Shown here piece by piece: positions 15,329 through 23,303 of a DNA stretch of 64,000 nt. Each line of letters starts with the position of its first letter. Position 1 is the stretch's first letter. The DNA is from Desulfobaccales bacterium (GTDB lineage: Bacteria > Desulfobacterota > Desulfobaccia > Desulfobaccales > 0-14-0-80-60-11). Below the pieces are notes generated by a model, which was not told the DNA's origin, did no database searches, and saw nothing but the letters and a program-made list of their open reading frames with translations. The stretch spans positions 1,889 through 65,888 of the forward strand of contig JBAVAG010000118.1 of NCBI GenBank assembly GCA_049585595.1, in the 5' to 3' direction. Made by a program: the position numbers and the translations under genes.

Positions 15329-15994
15329 ATGTCCCCCCAGGAAACTAAAGAGAGCAAGAGTATCGGCAAGATGCTGGGCGAAGCCGGCACCACCGTGAAA
15401 GACGGCCTGGTCGACAGCCTCAAGGGGCTGAACGAGATTGAAGCCCAAATCGTCACTCTGGCGAGAAACACCGTAACCGACGTCCTGAAGGGCACCGGCA
15501 GCGTGGCCAACGAGACCATCAATGTCAGCAAGGACGTCTTTAAAGGGGCGTTGAAGGCCAGCGAAGAGATGGGCTCCAGCCTGGTGGTGACCACCAAGGA
15601 TGTGGCCAAGGGCATTCTCCTGGGCCTTACCGATGTGGGCGGAGATGTGGGAAAGTCCGCCGCCCAACTGGCCAAAGGCGCGGTCAAAGGGGCCGGGGAA
15701 GTCGGCGGCGACGTGGCCCAGGTGGCCAAAAGCGCCGTAACCGGAGTCATTGAGGCCACTTCCGAGATCGGCGGCAATGTGGGCGAAGCCGCCAAGGCGG
15801 CGGCGGGTGGCGCCATTGAAGCCGCCGGCAGCCTGGGTCAGTCGGCGGTCAAGGCCGTCAGCGACATCCTGGTGGGTGCGGTCTCCGGCCTCAAGGACGT
15901 GGCTTGCGCCGCCTGGCCGAAATCGAAGGCCGGGTCGCCACCGGACTCCAAGCCGGAGGCCGTTGCCCATCCGGAAAAGAAGACGAAGGGGTAA
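15329..15994 (+). CDS. Repeat protein: about 8 tandem 22-residue Gly/Ala/Val/Lys-rich units and a Lys/Pro-rich tail
   Basis: ATG at 15329 follows GGAGG. Units include KSAAQLAKGAVKGAGEVGGDVA, QVAKSAVTGVIEATSEIGGNVG and EAAKAAAGGAIEAAGSLGQSAV. Confidence 0.65.
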   Translation: MSPQETKESKSIGKMLGEAGTTVKDGLVDSLKGLNEIEAQIVTLARNTVTDVLKGTGSVANETINVSKDVFKGALKASEEMGSSLVVTTKDVAKGILLGLTDVGGDVGKSAAQLAKGAVKGAGEVGGDVAQVAKSAVTGVIEATSEIGGNVGEAAKAAAGGAIEAAGSLGQSAVKAVSDILVGAVSGLKDVACAAWPKSKAGSPPDSKPEAVAHPEKKTKG

Positions 15995-16055
15995 GCCTGG
16001 CCGCGGCATCCCCATTAGCTGAACAGAGTTGACTAGGCAAGGTTATCCGGCCCCA

Positions 16056-19000
16056 ATGGTCGAAGCGATCCATACCGCGGTGGCGGGCAGGGCGAGGTTT
16101 AAGGTTGAGGGCCTGTACCGCTCCAAATCCCTGGAGAAGCTGCTGGAGTCGCGACTGGCGCGGCTGCAGGATATTTCCCTGGCCTCAGCCAACGCCCTCA
16201 CCGGCAACGTTCTGGTCTGCTACAATTCGGATAATAATCCCCAAACTATTGCGGCCTTAATTGAAGGGATCGTCTCCGATTGCCTGAAGTCCCCGCAGCC
16301 GGTCCCTTCATTTCCTGTCCCCGCTAAAGCCGGGGCTGCCATCGGGCTGGAAGATCGGGCCACCGCCTTAGACAGATTCAAGGGTCTCTTTGCCTATCCG
16401 CTGGAGCAGCCGGGTCAACCCTGGCACCGGCTGAAGGCCGAGGCGGTGTTGGCCCAATGGCAGACCTCCAGGGAAAAGGGGTTGTCCCTCAAGGCCGTCC
16501 AGGGAAACCGCCAGAAATACGGCCTCAATCTCCTGCCGGAAGCCGAGCCCCGGTCCGGCTGGGACATCTTCCTGGTCCAGTTTCAATCACTCCCGGTGGC
16601 CCTCCTGGGAGCGGCCGCCGGCCTTTCCATCTTCACCGGCGGGCTGGCCGATGCCGTGTTGATTGCCGGCGTAGTGGTCCTCAATGCCTTCATCGGCTAC
16701 AAAACCGAAAGCGAATCCGAAAAAACCATTCGCTCTCTGCAAACCCTGGTGCGGCCTGCCGCCCTGGTCTTGCGGGAAGGAGGGCTTCGCGAAATTCCCT
16801 CCGAAGAAGTGACCCCGGGAGACCTCCTGGTGCTGCGCCCCGGCACTTACGTGGCCGCCGATGCGCGCCTGGTCGAGGCTAACCACCTGTCCGTGGATGA
16901 GTCGGCCCTGACTGGGGAAAGCCTGCCCGTGAATAAAGATACCCGGCCCCTGAAACGGGATCATATCCCCTTGGGAGACCGGATCAACCTGGTCTTCATG
17001 GGCACCCTGGTGACCGGCGGTGAAGGTTTGGCGGTGGTGGTGGCCACCGGGATTTATACTGAAATCGGCCTGATCCAGTCTCTGATCGGCGAAGCCGCCA
17101 GCCCGGAAACCCCCATGGAGAGGCAGCTCGGCCAGTTGGGGAACCAACTGGTCCTCCTCTGTGGCGGAGTTTGCGGGGTGGTGTTCGTTATGGGATTTAT
17201 GTGGGGCTTCGGTTGGCTGGAGTTGCTGCGCACCTCCATCTGCCTGGCGGCGGCCGCGGTGCCGGAAGGGCTGCCCACCACGGCCACCACCACCCTGGCC
17301 CTGGGTATCCGCGACATGCGCAAGCACCATGTCTTGATCCGCCACCTGAACGCGGTGGAGACCCTCGGTTCGGTGCAGACTGTCTGCCTGGATAAGACCG
17401 GGACCATCACCCGCAACCAGATGTCCGTGCTCCAAATCTTTACCGGCATGAGGACTATCAAGGTGGCGGACGGGCAATTCCTGGGGCCCGCCGGGCCGAT
17501 TCCCCCCTTAGCCTGTGAGGAATTGGAGCAGCTCCTGAAGATCTCGGTGCTGTGCAACGAAATCGAAATCTATCAGGAAGGCGGGGATTATGTTCTCCGG
17601 GGGACTCCCACGGAGGCGGCCCTGGTCCATCTGGCCATCCTGGTGGGTCTCGACGTCACCGACCTGAGGAGACGGTATCCCCTTTTAAAAGTCAATCACC
17701 GTTCGGAAAACCGCCTGTTCATGGGCACGTTGCATAAGGATCCGCCCGCCGGCAGTCTTTTTGCAATCAAAGGCAACCCCCTGGAAGTTATGGCGCTCTG
17801 TTCCTGGCATCTCCAGGATGGCCGGAAAATGCCGCTCACCGATGAAGACCGGCAGCGCCTCGAAGCTGAGAACGAGGAGATGGCGGGGGACGCCCTGCGG
17901 GTCCTGGGGCTGGCCTATGCCCTGGGTCCGGATGAGTCCGTGGCTGAGAACGATAACCTGGTCTGGCTGGGCATGGTGGGCATGGCCGATCCCATCCGGG
18001 AAGGGGTGGGCGAGGCGATTCGGGCCTTCCATCGGGCGGGGATCGAGACGGTGATGATCACCGGCGACCAGAGTCCCACCGCCTATGCCATCGGCCAGGA
18101 ACTGGACCTGAGCCAGGGAGGCCCCTTGGAGATCCTGGACGCCACCCACCTGGCGGAGATCGAGCCGGAGGTCTTGCGGGCTCTGGTCAAGAGGGCCCAG
18201 GTCTTTGCCCGGGTCAGCCCGTCCCATAAGCTTGGGATAGTCCAGGCCTTGCAAGGGGCCGGCAAGGTGGTGGCCATGACCGGCGACGGCATCAACGACG
18301 GCCCGGCCCTCAAGGCCGCGGACGTGGGCATCGCCATGGGCCGCACCGGCACCGATATCGCCCGGGAAGTGGCGGACGTGGTCCTGGAGGAGGATAATCT
18401 CGATACCTTGATCATAGCCATCCGGGACGGCCGCACCATCTATATCAACATCCGCAAGTCGGTCCATTTCTTCCTGGCCACCAATCTCAGCGAGATCATG
18501 TTGACCTTTGTGGCTATGGCCGTCGGCCTGGGGTCTCCCCTGACCGCGGCCCAGCTCCTCTGGATCAACCTGATTTCCGATATCTTTCCCGGGTTGGCCC
18601 TGGCGATGGAAGCGCCGGAGCCTGATATCCTGGACCGCCCGCCCCGTGATCCCGCCCGGCCGATCTTCACCGGCAGCGACTATAAGAGAATGGCCTTCGA
18701 GTCCGGGGCCATCACCACCGGGGCCTTGGGGGCCTATGGCTATGGCCTGATGCGCTACGGCCTGGGGGCTCAAACCAGCACCCTGGCCTTTCACAGCCTC
18801 ACCACCGGGCAGCTCTTGCACGCCATCAGTTGCCGTTCTGATACCCATGGCATCTTTAGCCCGGGGAAATTGCCTCCCAACCGCTACCTGACCCTGGCCC
18901 TGGGGGGCTCGCTGGCGGTCCAATTCTTGACCGCGGCGGTCCCAGGATTGAGAAGCCTGCTGGGGCTCGCCCCGGTGGGCCTGTTGGATGGCCTGGTGAT

Positions 19001-19097
19001 TTCCGGCAGCGCCCTGCTGCCCCTGGTGGTAAACGAAGCCACCAAGAAACCGCCGGTCAATGGTGAAAACGAAGTCCCGGAGCCGGCCCTGGAGTGA
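16056..19097 (+). CDS. P-type ATPase, type II (PEGLP, Ca2+-ATPase-like) with an N-terminal cysteine-less HMA-like domain
   Basis: Motifs: TGES (LTGESLPV), AAAVPEGLPTTATTTLALG, CLDKTGTITRNQM, MITGDQ, TGDGINDGPALKAADVGIAMG. The N-terminus is MVEAIHTAVAGRARFKVEGLYRS...ANALTGNVLVCYN. An alternative TTG start lies at 16029. Confidence 0.9.
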   Translation: MVEAIHTAVAGRARFKVEGLYRSKSLEKLLESRLARLQDISLASANALTGNVLVCYNSDNNPQTIAALIEGIVSDCLKSPQPVPSFPVPAKAGAAIGLEDRATALDRFKGLFAYPLEQPGQPWHRLKAEAVLAQWQTSREKGLSLKAVQGNRQKYGLNLLPEAEPRSGWDIFLVQFQSLPVALLGAAAGLSIFTGGLADAVLIAGVVVLNAFIGYKTESESEKTIRSLQTLVRPAALVLREGGLREIPSEEVTPGDLLVLRPGTYVAADARLVEANHLSVDESALTGESLPVNKDTRPLKRDHIPLGDRINLVFMGTLVTGGEGLAVVVATGIYTEIGLIQSLIGEAASPETPMERQLGQLGNQLVLLCGGVCGVVFVMGFMWGFGWLELLRTSICLAAAAVPEGLPTTATTTLALGIRDMRKHHVLIRHLNAVETLGSVQTVCLDKTGTITRNQMSVLQIFTGMRTIKVADGQFLGPAGPIPPLACEELEQLLKISVLCNEIEIYQEGGDYVLRGTPTEAALVHLAILVGLDVTDLRRRYPLLKVNHRSENRLFMGTLHKDPPAGSLFAIKGNPLEVMALCSWHLQDGRKMPLTDEDRQRLEAENEEMAGDALRVLGLAYALGPDESVAENDNLVWLGMVGMADPIREGVGEAIRAFHRAGIETVMITGDQSPTAYAIGQELDLSQGGPLEILDATHLAEIEPEVLRALVKRAQVFARVSPSHKLGIVQALQGAGKVVAMTGDGINDGPALKAADVGIAMGRTGTDIAREVADVVLEEDNLDTLIIAIRDGRTIYINIRKSVHFFLATNLSEIMLTFVAMAVGLGSPLTAAQLLWINLISDIFPGLALAMEAPEPDILDRPPRDPARPIFTGSDYKRMAFESGAITTGALGAYGYGLMRYGLGAQTSTLAFHSLTTGQLLHAISCRSDTHGIFSPGKLPPNRYLTLALGGSLAVQFLTAAVPGLRSLLGLAPVGLLDGLVISGSALLPLVVNEATKKPPVNGENEVPEPALE

Positions 19098-19132
19098 GCC
19101 GCAGCCGGCTTTTGGCGAGAGGGGCGCCATAG

Positions 19133-20332
19133 ATGAAAAGTGACTTTATCTTCATGTCGGAGTCGGTAACCGAGGGGCACCCGGATAAGATCTGCGATCA
19201 GATCAGCGATGCCATCTTGGATCATTTCCTGGCGCAAGACCCCCAGGCCCGGGTGCGGGCCGAATGCGCCGTGGCCACTTCCATCCTGTTCATTGCCACC
19301 CGGTTTGTTTCCGAAATTAAAGTCGATATCCCCAGGGTGGCCCGCAAGTTCCTCAGCCAGCTCGGCTATACGAAACCCGACTTCGACGCCCGCACCTGCA
19401 GCGTCTTGACCAGTCTCCAAGAATATCCGCCGGATGCGGATCTCTTTTTCAACGAGCACCGGCTGACCGATAAAGAAGTGGAAAACTTCCACGTGCGGCA
19501 GCAGGCCACAGTCTTCGGTTTTGCCTGCCGCCAGACCGCGGCCTTGATGCCCCTGCCCATTTGGTTGGCGCACCGGCTGGCCCGGCAACTCGTCGCGGCC
19601 CGGGTTCAGAATCTGGCGCCCTATCTGTCGCCGGACGGCAAGACCACGGTGGGGGTGGAGTATAGAAACCGCCGGCCCCATCGGATTCAGAGCGTTACGG
19701 TCCTTGCCAGCGGCTCCAAGGCCGCCTGCCAGGAAATATCCGAGAAGCGCTTGCATGACGATATCCGGGAAGTGGTGATCAAGCCGGCCTTCGCCGATGA
19801 AGAGCTGAAACCGGATAATCAGACCCTGATCTTTGTCAATCCGGAGGACCACCTCATAATGGGCGGCCCTGCGGTGCATTCCGGGCTCACGGGCCGCAAA
19901 TCCGACGTTGACACCTATGGCGAATATGCCCGGCACAGCGGCAACGCCTTGAGCGGCAAGGACCCCATGCGCATCGATCGGGTGGGGGCTTATGCGGCGC
20001 GCTACGCCGCCAAGAATGTGGTGGCGGCCGGACTGGCGGAGGCATGCGAGGTCCAGTTGAGCTATTCCATCGGCTTTTCCCGGCCAGTCAGTATTCAGGT
20101 GGAAACCTTTGGCACCGGCAAGTTGACGGACGAGAAACTGGCCGACCGGCTGGAGCGGCACTTCGATTTTCGCCTGGCCGCCATCCTGCGGGATTTCAAC
20201 CTGAGGCACCTTCCCGCCCTGCATAAAGGAGGTTTTTACCGGAAGCTGGCGACCTATGGCCACGTGGGGCGCCTCGACCTTGATCTGCCCTGGGAAGTTA
20301 CCGACAAGGCGGGGGCGCTCAAAGGACGGTAA
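19133..20332 (+). CDS. S-adenosylmethionine synthetase (MetK) paralogue with substituted catalytic motifs
   Basis: SESVTEGHPDKICDQISDAILD, GLTGRKSDVDTYGEYARHSGNALSGKDPMRIDRVGAYAARY and KLATYGHVGR are MetK-like. However, GAGDQG is replaced by RQQATV, and GGGAFSGKD by SGNALSGKD. Confidence 0.75.
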   Translation: MKSDFIFMSESVTEGHPDKICDQISDAILDHFLAQDPQARVRAECAVATSILFIATRFVSEIKVDIPRVARKFLSQLGYTKPDFDARTCSVLTSLQEYPPDADLFFNEHRLTDKEVENFHVRQQATVFGFACRQTAALMPLPIWLAHRLARQLVAARVQNLAPYLSPDGKTTVGVEYRNRRPHRIQSVTVLASGSKAACQEISEKRLHDDIREVVIKPAFADEELKPDNQTLIFVNPEDHLIMGGPAVHSGLTGRKSDVDTYGEYARHSGNALSGKDPMRIDRVGAYAARYAAKNVVAAGLAEACEVQLSYSIGFSRPVSIQVETFGTGKLTDEKLADRLERHFDFRLAAILRDFNLRHLPALHKGGFYRKLATYGHVGRLDLDLPWEVTDKAGALKGR

Positions 20333-20983
20333 ATGCAAAATCTACACCTGGTAGCCATTCTGTTACTGGCATTTGCCAGTAATCTTGACAATGTCGGGGT
20401 GGGCGTTTCTTATGGCATGAGGAAGATCAACATCCCCTTTACCTCCAACCTGCTCATTGCGGTAGTTACCTCAATCGGCACCCTTTTGTCAGTACTACTC
20501 GGCAAGAGCATCTATCTTTTCATAAGCGCGGAAATGACCGGTTTATTGGGGGGAGGCATCATCATCGTCGCCGGGATCTGGGTACTCTTCCAGGAGAAAT
20601 TCATGCACCGGGGCCAGGAGCCCCAGGAAGAGACGCCAATGGTTGCCGAAACCGGTTCTCCCGGATTTAGTTTTCGGCAAATTGTCTCGATTCTCGACAA
20701 CCCGATTAATGCCGACAAAGATTTCTCCGGGCATATCGACCTCAAGGAAGCCGTCGCCTTATCCCTGGGCCTGACCATCAATAATATCCCCAATGGCGTT
20801 GGCGCCGGGATGGTGGGCGGCGGCGCCATTTTAATGACGAGTGCCGTCTTCGTATTCAGCATTGTGACCATCTGGATTGGGATATCAGGCGGTCTTTTAG
20901 GATTTAAATGGCTGGGCAAGTTAACCGGGCTGATCGCCGGCTTGATTCTCATCGGCGTCGGCCTTTACGAAATTTTCTTTTAA
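20333..20983 (+). CDS. YtaF-like membrane protein (MntP/DUF204 superfamily, putative divalent-cation efflux)
   Basis: LLAFASNLDNVGVGVSYGMRKINIPF and a second half, LSLGLTINNIPNGVGAGM, with about 6 hydrophobic segments. The ATG directly abuts the metK-like TAA. Confidence 0.65.
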   Translation: MQNLHLVAILLLAFASNLDNVGVGVSYGMRKINIPFTSNLLIAVVTSIGTLLSVLLGKSIYLFISAEMTGLLGGGIIIVAGIWVLFQEKFMHRGQEPQEETPMVAETGSPGFSFRQIVSILDNPINADKDFSGHIDLKEAVALSLGLTINNIPNGVGAGMVGGGAILMTSAVFVFSIVTIWIGISGGLLGFKWLGKLTGLIAGLILIGVGLYEIFF

Positions 20984-21016
20984 CGCAGTAGTTTTACCAT
21001 GGAGAAATGAGGATAT

Positions 21017-21703
21017 ATGGCCCACGAAAGCATTTTAGCGGTGGAAGACGACGAGGACATCCTGGAACTCCTCAAGTATAACCTGGGCAAGGAGGGGTAC
21101 CGGGTTACCGCAGTCACCACGGGGGAGGAAGGATTGCGCCTCGCCCATGCGGCCCCGCCGGATCTGATCTTACTGGACCTGATGCTCCCGGGAGTGGACG
21201 GACTGGAGGTCTGCCGAAGTCTCAAGATGGACGACAAGACCCGGAAGACGCCGATTATTATGCTCACCGCCAAGGGAGAAGAAGCGGACATCGTCACCGG
21301 TCTGGAGCTGGGAGCGGAGGACTACATCACCAAGCCCTTCAGTACCAGGGTCTTGCTGGCCCGGGTGCGGACGGTGCTGCGCCGTCCCCACATTGCCCCG
21401 GCGGGTGAAGATGCGCTTCTCAAGATCCATGACCTGGTCATCGACCCGGGCCGCCACGAGGTTTTGGTCCAGGGGCAGCCCGTCGACCTGACGGCCACCG
21501 AGTTTCGCCTCCTCCATCTGCTGGCGCGCCGCCCGGGCTGGGTCCTCACCCGGGCTCATATTGTCGAGGGGGTTCACGGCGATGATTACCCGGTGACGGA
21601 CCGGGCGGTGGATGTGAAAATCGTGGCGCTGCGCAGGAAACTGGGCCCCGCCGCCCAGTATGTCGAAACCGTCCGGGGAGTGGGATATCGCTTCAAGGGA
21701 TAA
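21017..21703 (+). CDS. OmpR/PhoB-family response regulator
   Basis: ILAVEDDEDILELL...DLILLDLMLPGVDG...ITKPF is the receiver. LTATEFRLLHLL...VETVRGVGYRF is the winged helix. No adjacent histidine kinase. Confidence 0.9.
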   Translation: MAHESILAVEDDEDILELLKYNLGKEGYRVTAVTTGEEGLRLAHAAPPDLILLDLMLPGVDGLEVCRSLKMDDKTRKTPIIMLTAKGEEADIVTGLELGAEDYITKPFSTRVLLARVRTVLRRPHIAPAGEDALLKIHDLVIDPGRHEVLVQGQPVDLTATEFRLLHLLARRPGWVLTRAHIVEGVHGDDYPVTDRAVDVKIVALRRKLGPAAQYVETVRGVGYRFKG

Positions 21704-22325
21704 CCTTGAGAGACTTTACCCGGGATTTCGGCCATTTCAGACGCAGCCATTTCCCCCGGATAAGGACGTAACCCAAAAGCAGGGCGGCGATTAGCCCGGT
21801 GGCCCAGCGGCAGTGGACGCCGATCCTTTCCACTAAGAGGCTCGCCTCCCGACCCAGGAAATACCCCAACAAAATATAGGACAGGGACCAGGCCAGGACC
21901 CCCAAATAAGCAAACCGGGTAAAGCCTGCTACCGGGAACCTGGTAATCCCGGCGGCGATGGCGACCCAGTGCCTTACTCCAGGGAGAAAGTATCCCGGGC
22001 ATAATCTCCAGCCGCCGCCACGCTGGAGCCACTCCTGCAAATTCTTAAACTTGTCAGGCCTGAGGCGGAAGAAGGCCCCGGACTCCCCGATTAACCTGGC
22101 GCCTGCCGCTCTTCCCACCCAATAATCCAAAGTTACGCCCAGGACGGCGCCCGAGACGACCACGGCCATGGCAGGGAGGAGCCGCAAATCCCCCCGAAGC
22201 GCCAGATAGCCGGTGAGGGTTAATAATAATTCATCAGGGATGGGAAGGCCGAAGGCCCCGGGCAGCAGTAAGAGAAATATTGCCGGATAGCCATAATTGG
22301 TGACGTAATAAGTTACTAATTCCAT
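21693..22325 (-). CDS. DedA-family membrane protein
   Basis: YGYPAIFLLLLPGAFGLPIPDELLLTLTGYLA... plus multiple TM segments. Confidence 0.75.
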   Translation of the reverse strand: MELVTYYVTNYGYPAIFLLLLPGAFGLPIPDELLLTLTGYLALRGDLRLLPAMAVVVSGAVLGVTLDYWVGRAAGARLIGESGAFFRLRPDKFKNLQEWLQRGGGWRLCPGYFLPGVRHWVAIAAGITRFPVAGFTRFAYLGVLAWSLSYILLGYFLGREASLLVERIGVHCRWATGLIAALLLGYVLIRGKWLRLKWPKSRVKSLKVIP

Positions 22326-22630
22326 AATTAATCAAAAAAGCTTAAGGCCGGTTTTGGTTGTGTGGAGGTTTAATGGCGTTTACGCTCCCATTAACCATTC
22401 AACGTCATCATCGTGGCGCTAACCAGGCTCGGCTTTAAATAAAATTGTTAAATGATAACCAAGTTTTGTTAGGTTATTTTTAATAATTGGTTATTTTTAG
22501 GTTTGGAGAAATAAGGCTGGACCGAAGACAGTTCGACATCTGAGTCGAAATTTGCGAAAATCTCGCCAGGTATTTTTGCCAGTTTGATTTCAAATTTGAG
22601 AGTTTGCCTTGAGCATTAATTCATTGGTGG

Positions 22631-22657
22631 ACCCGGGGATTTCATCCCGGGTTTTTT
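22631..22657 (+). terminator. Orphan rho-independent terminator
   Basis: ACCCGGG-gatttcat-CCCGGGT followed by TTTTTT. No plus-strand CDS lies upstream. Confidence 0.5.
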
Positions 22658-22800
22658 CCATTTTAAGAGATTTCCATATTCGAATCATATGCAACGATCT
22701 CACGAGCGCGGATAGTGGCAAGATAGTCGTTATTCTTGAATACCGATTCTAACAGCAGAGTTTTTGCCATTAGCGGGTTTTGCCGGGGGACCCTTTAGGC

Positions 22801-22840
22801 GGAAACTGAAAAACCGAAAAACTGAAAACTGATAACTGCC
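22801..22840. repeat. Tandem heptamer array (GAAAACT-type), single arm
   Basis: GGAAACT GAAAAAC CGAAAAA CTGAAAA CTGATAA CTG, immediately 3' of the L,D-transpeptidase stop. Confidence 0.7.
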
Positions 22841-22841
22841 T

Positions 22842-23303
22842 TTAATCCTGCGTTCTCCAGCCCATGATAACCACCAGGGTTCTGCCTGGCTCCGTCCAAT
22901 CATATAACCACTTGATGTAGGGCTGCTGTACGTGTACGCAGCCATGGGTGGCTAATCCTCTTTTCTTCTGCGGCGGCGGTACTACTCCTTCGTGAATCGC
23001 TTTTCTCTCTTGATAATTGAAAAATATGGAGTAGGGCATGGGGGTCTGGTAATGCCGCGAATAATAGTCTTCCTCTTTCACTCGCACCAGATAAATGCCC
23101 GGTTCGGTGGTAGTTTCATCGTCGCCAGTTATCACCGGAAACTCCAGAACCTTTTTCCCCCTTTCATAAGCTGTGCCCACTTGCTTGAGTTGATTAATCC
23201 AAATCACTTTTTCATACTCCTGGAAGATGTCTGCCGCGAGAGTTGGAGATACAAGAAGATTAGTTAATAATGCTAATGAAAATAACAAAATATATTTTTT
23301 CAT
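22842..23303 (-). CDS. L,D-transpeptidase (YkuD domain) with a signal peptide
   Basis: MKKYILLFSLALLTNLLVSPTLA is the signal. The catalytic region is IHEGVVPP...ATHGCVHV. The ORF is open to 23318. Confidence 0.8.
   Translation of the reverse strand: MKKYILLFSLALLTNLLVSPTLAADIFQEYEKVIWINQLKQVGTAYERGKKVLEFPVITGDDETTTEPGIYLVRVKEEDYYSRHYQTPMPYSIFFNYQERKAIHEGVVPPPQKKRGLATHGCVHVQQPYIKWLYDWTEPGRTLVVIMGWRTQD

Noticed and set aside
16029-16055. A TTG start at 16029 for the ATPase, and the TTG at 11893 for the HMA-like gene.
   Set aside because: The internal ATG codons (16056, 11914) give N-termini that align with the other HMA-like paralogues, which begin the domain right after Met. The 11914 ATG also has a better RBS. 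The upstream starts remain possible.
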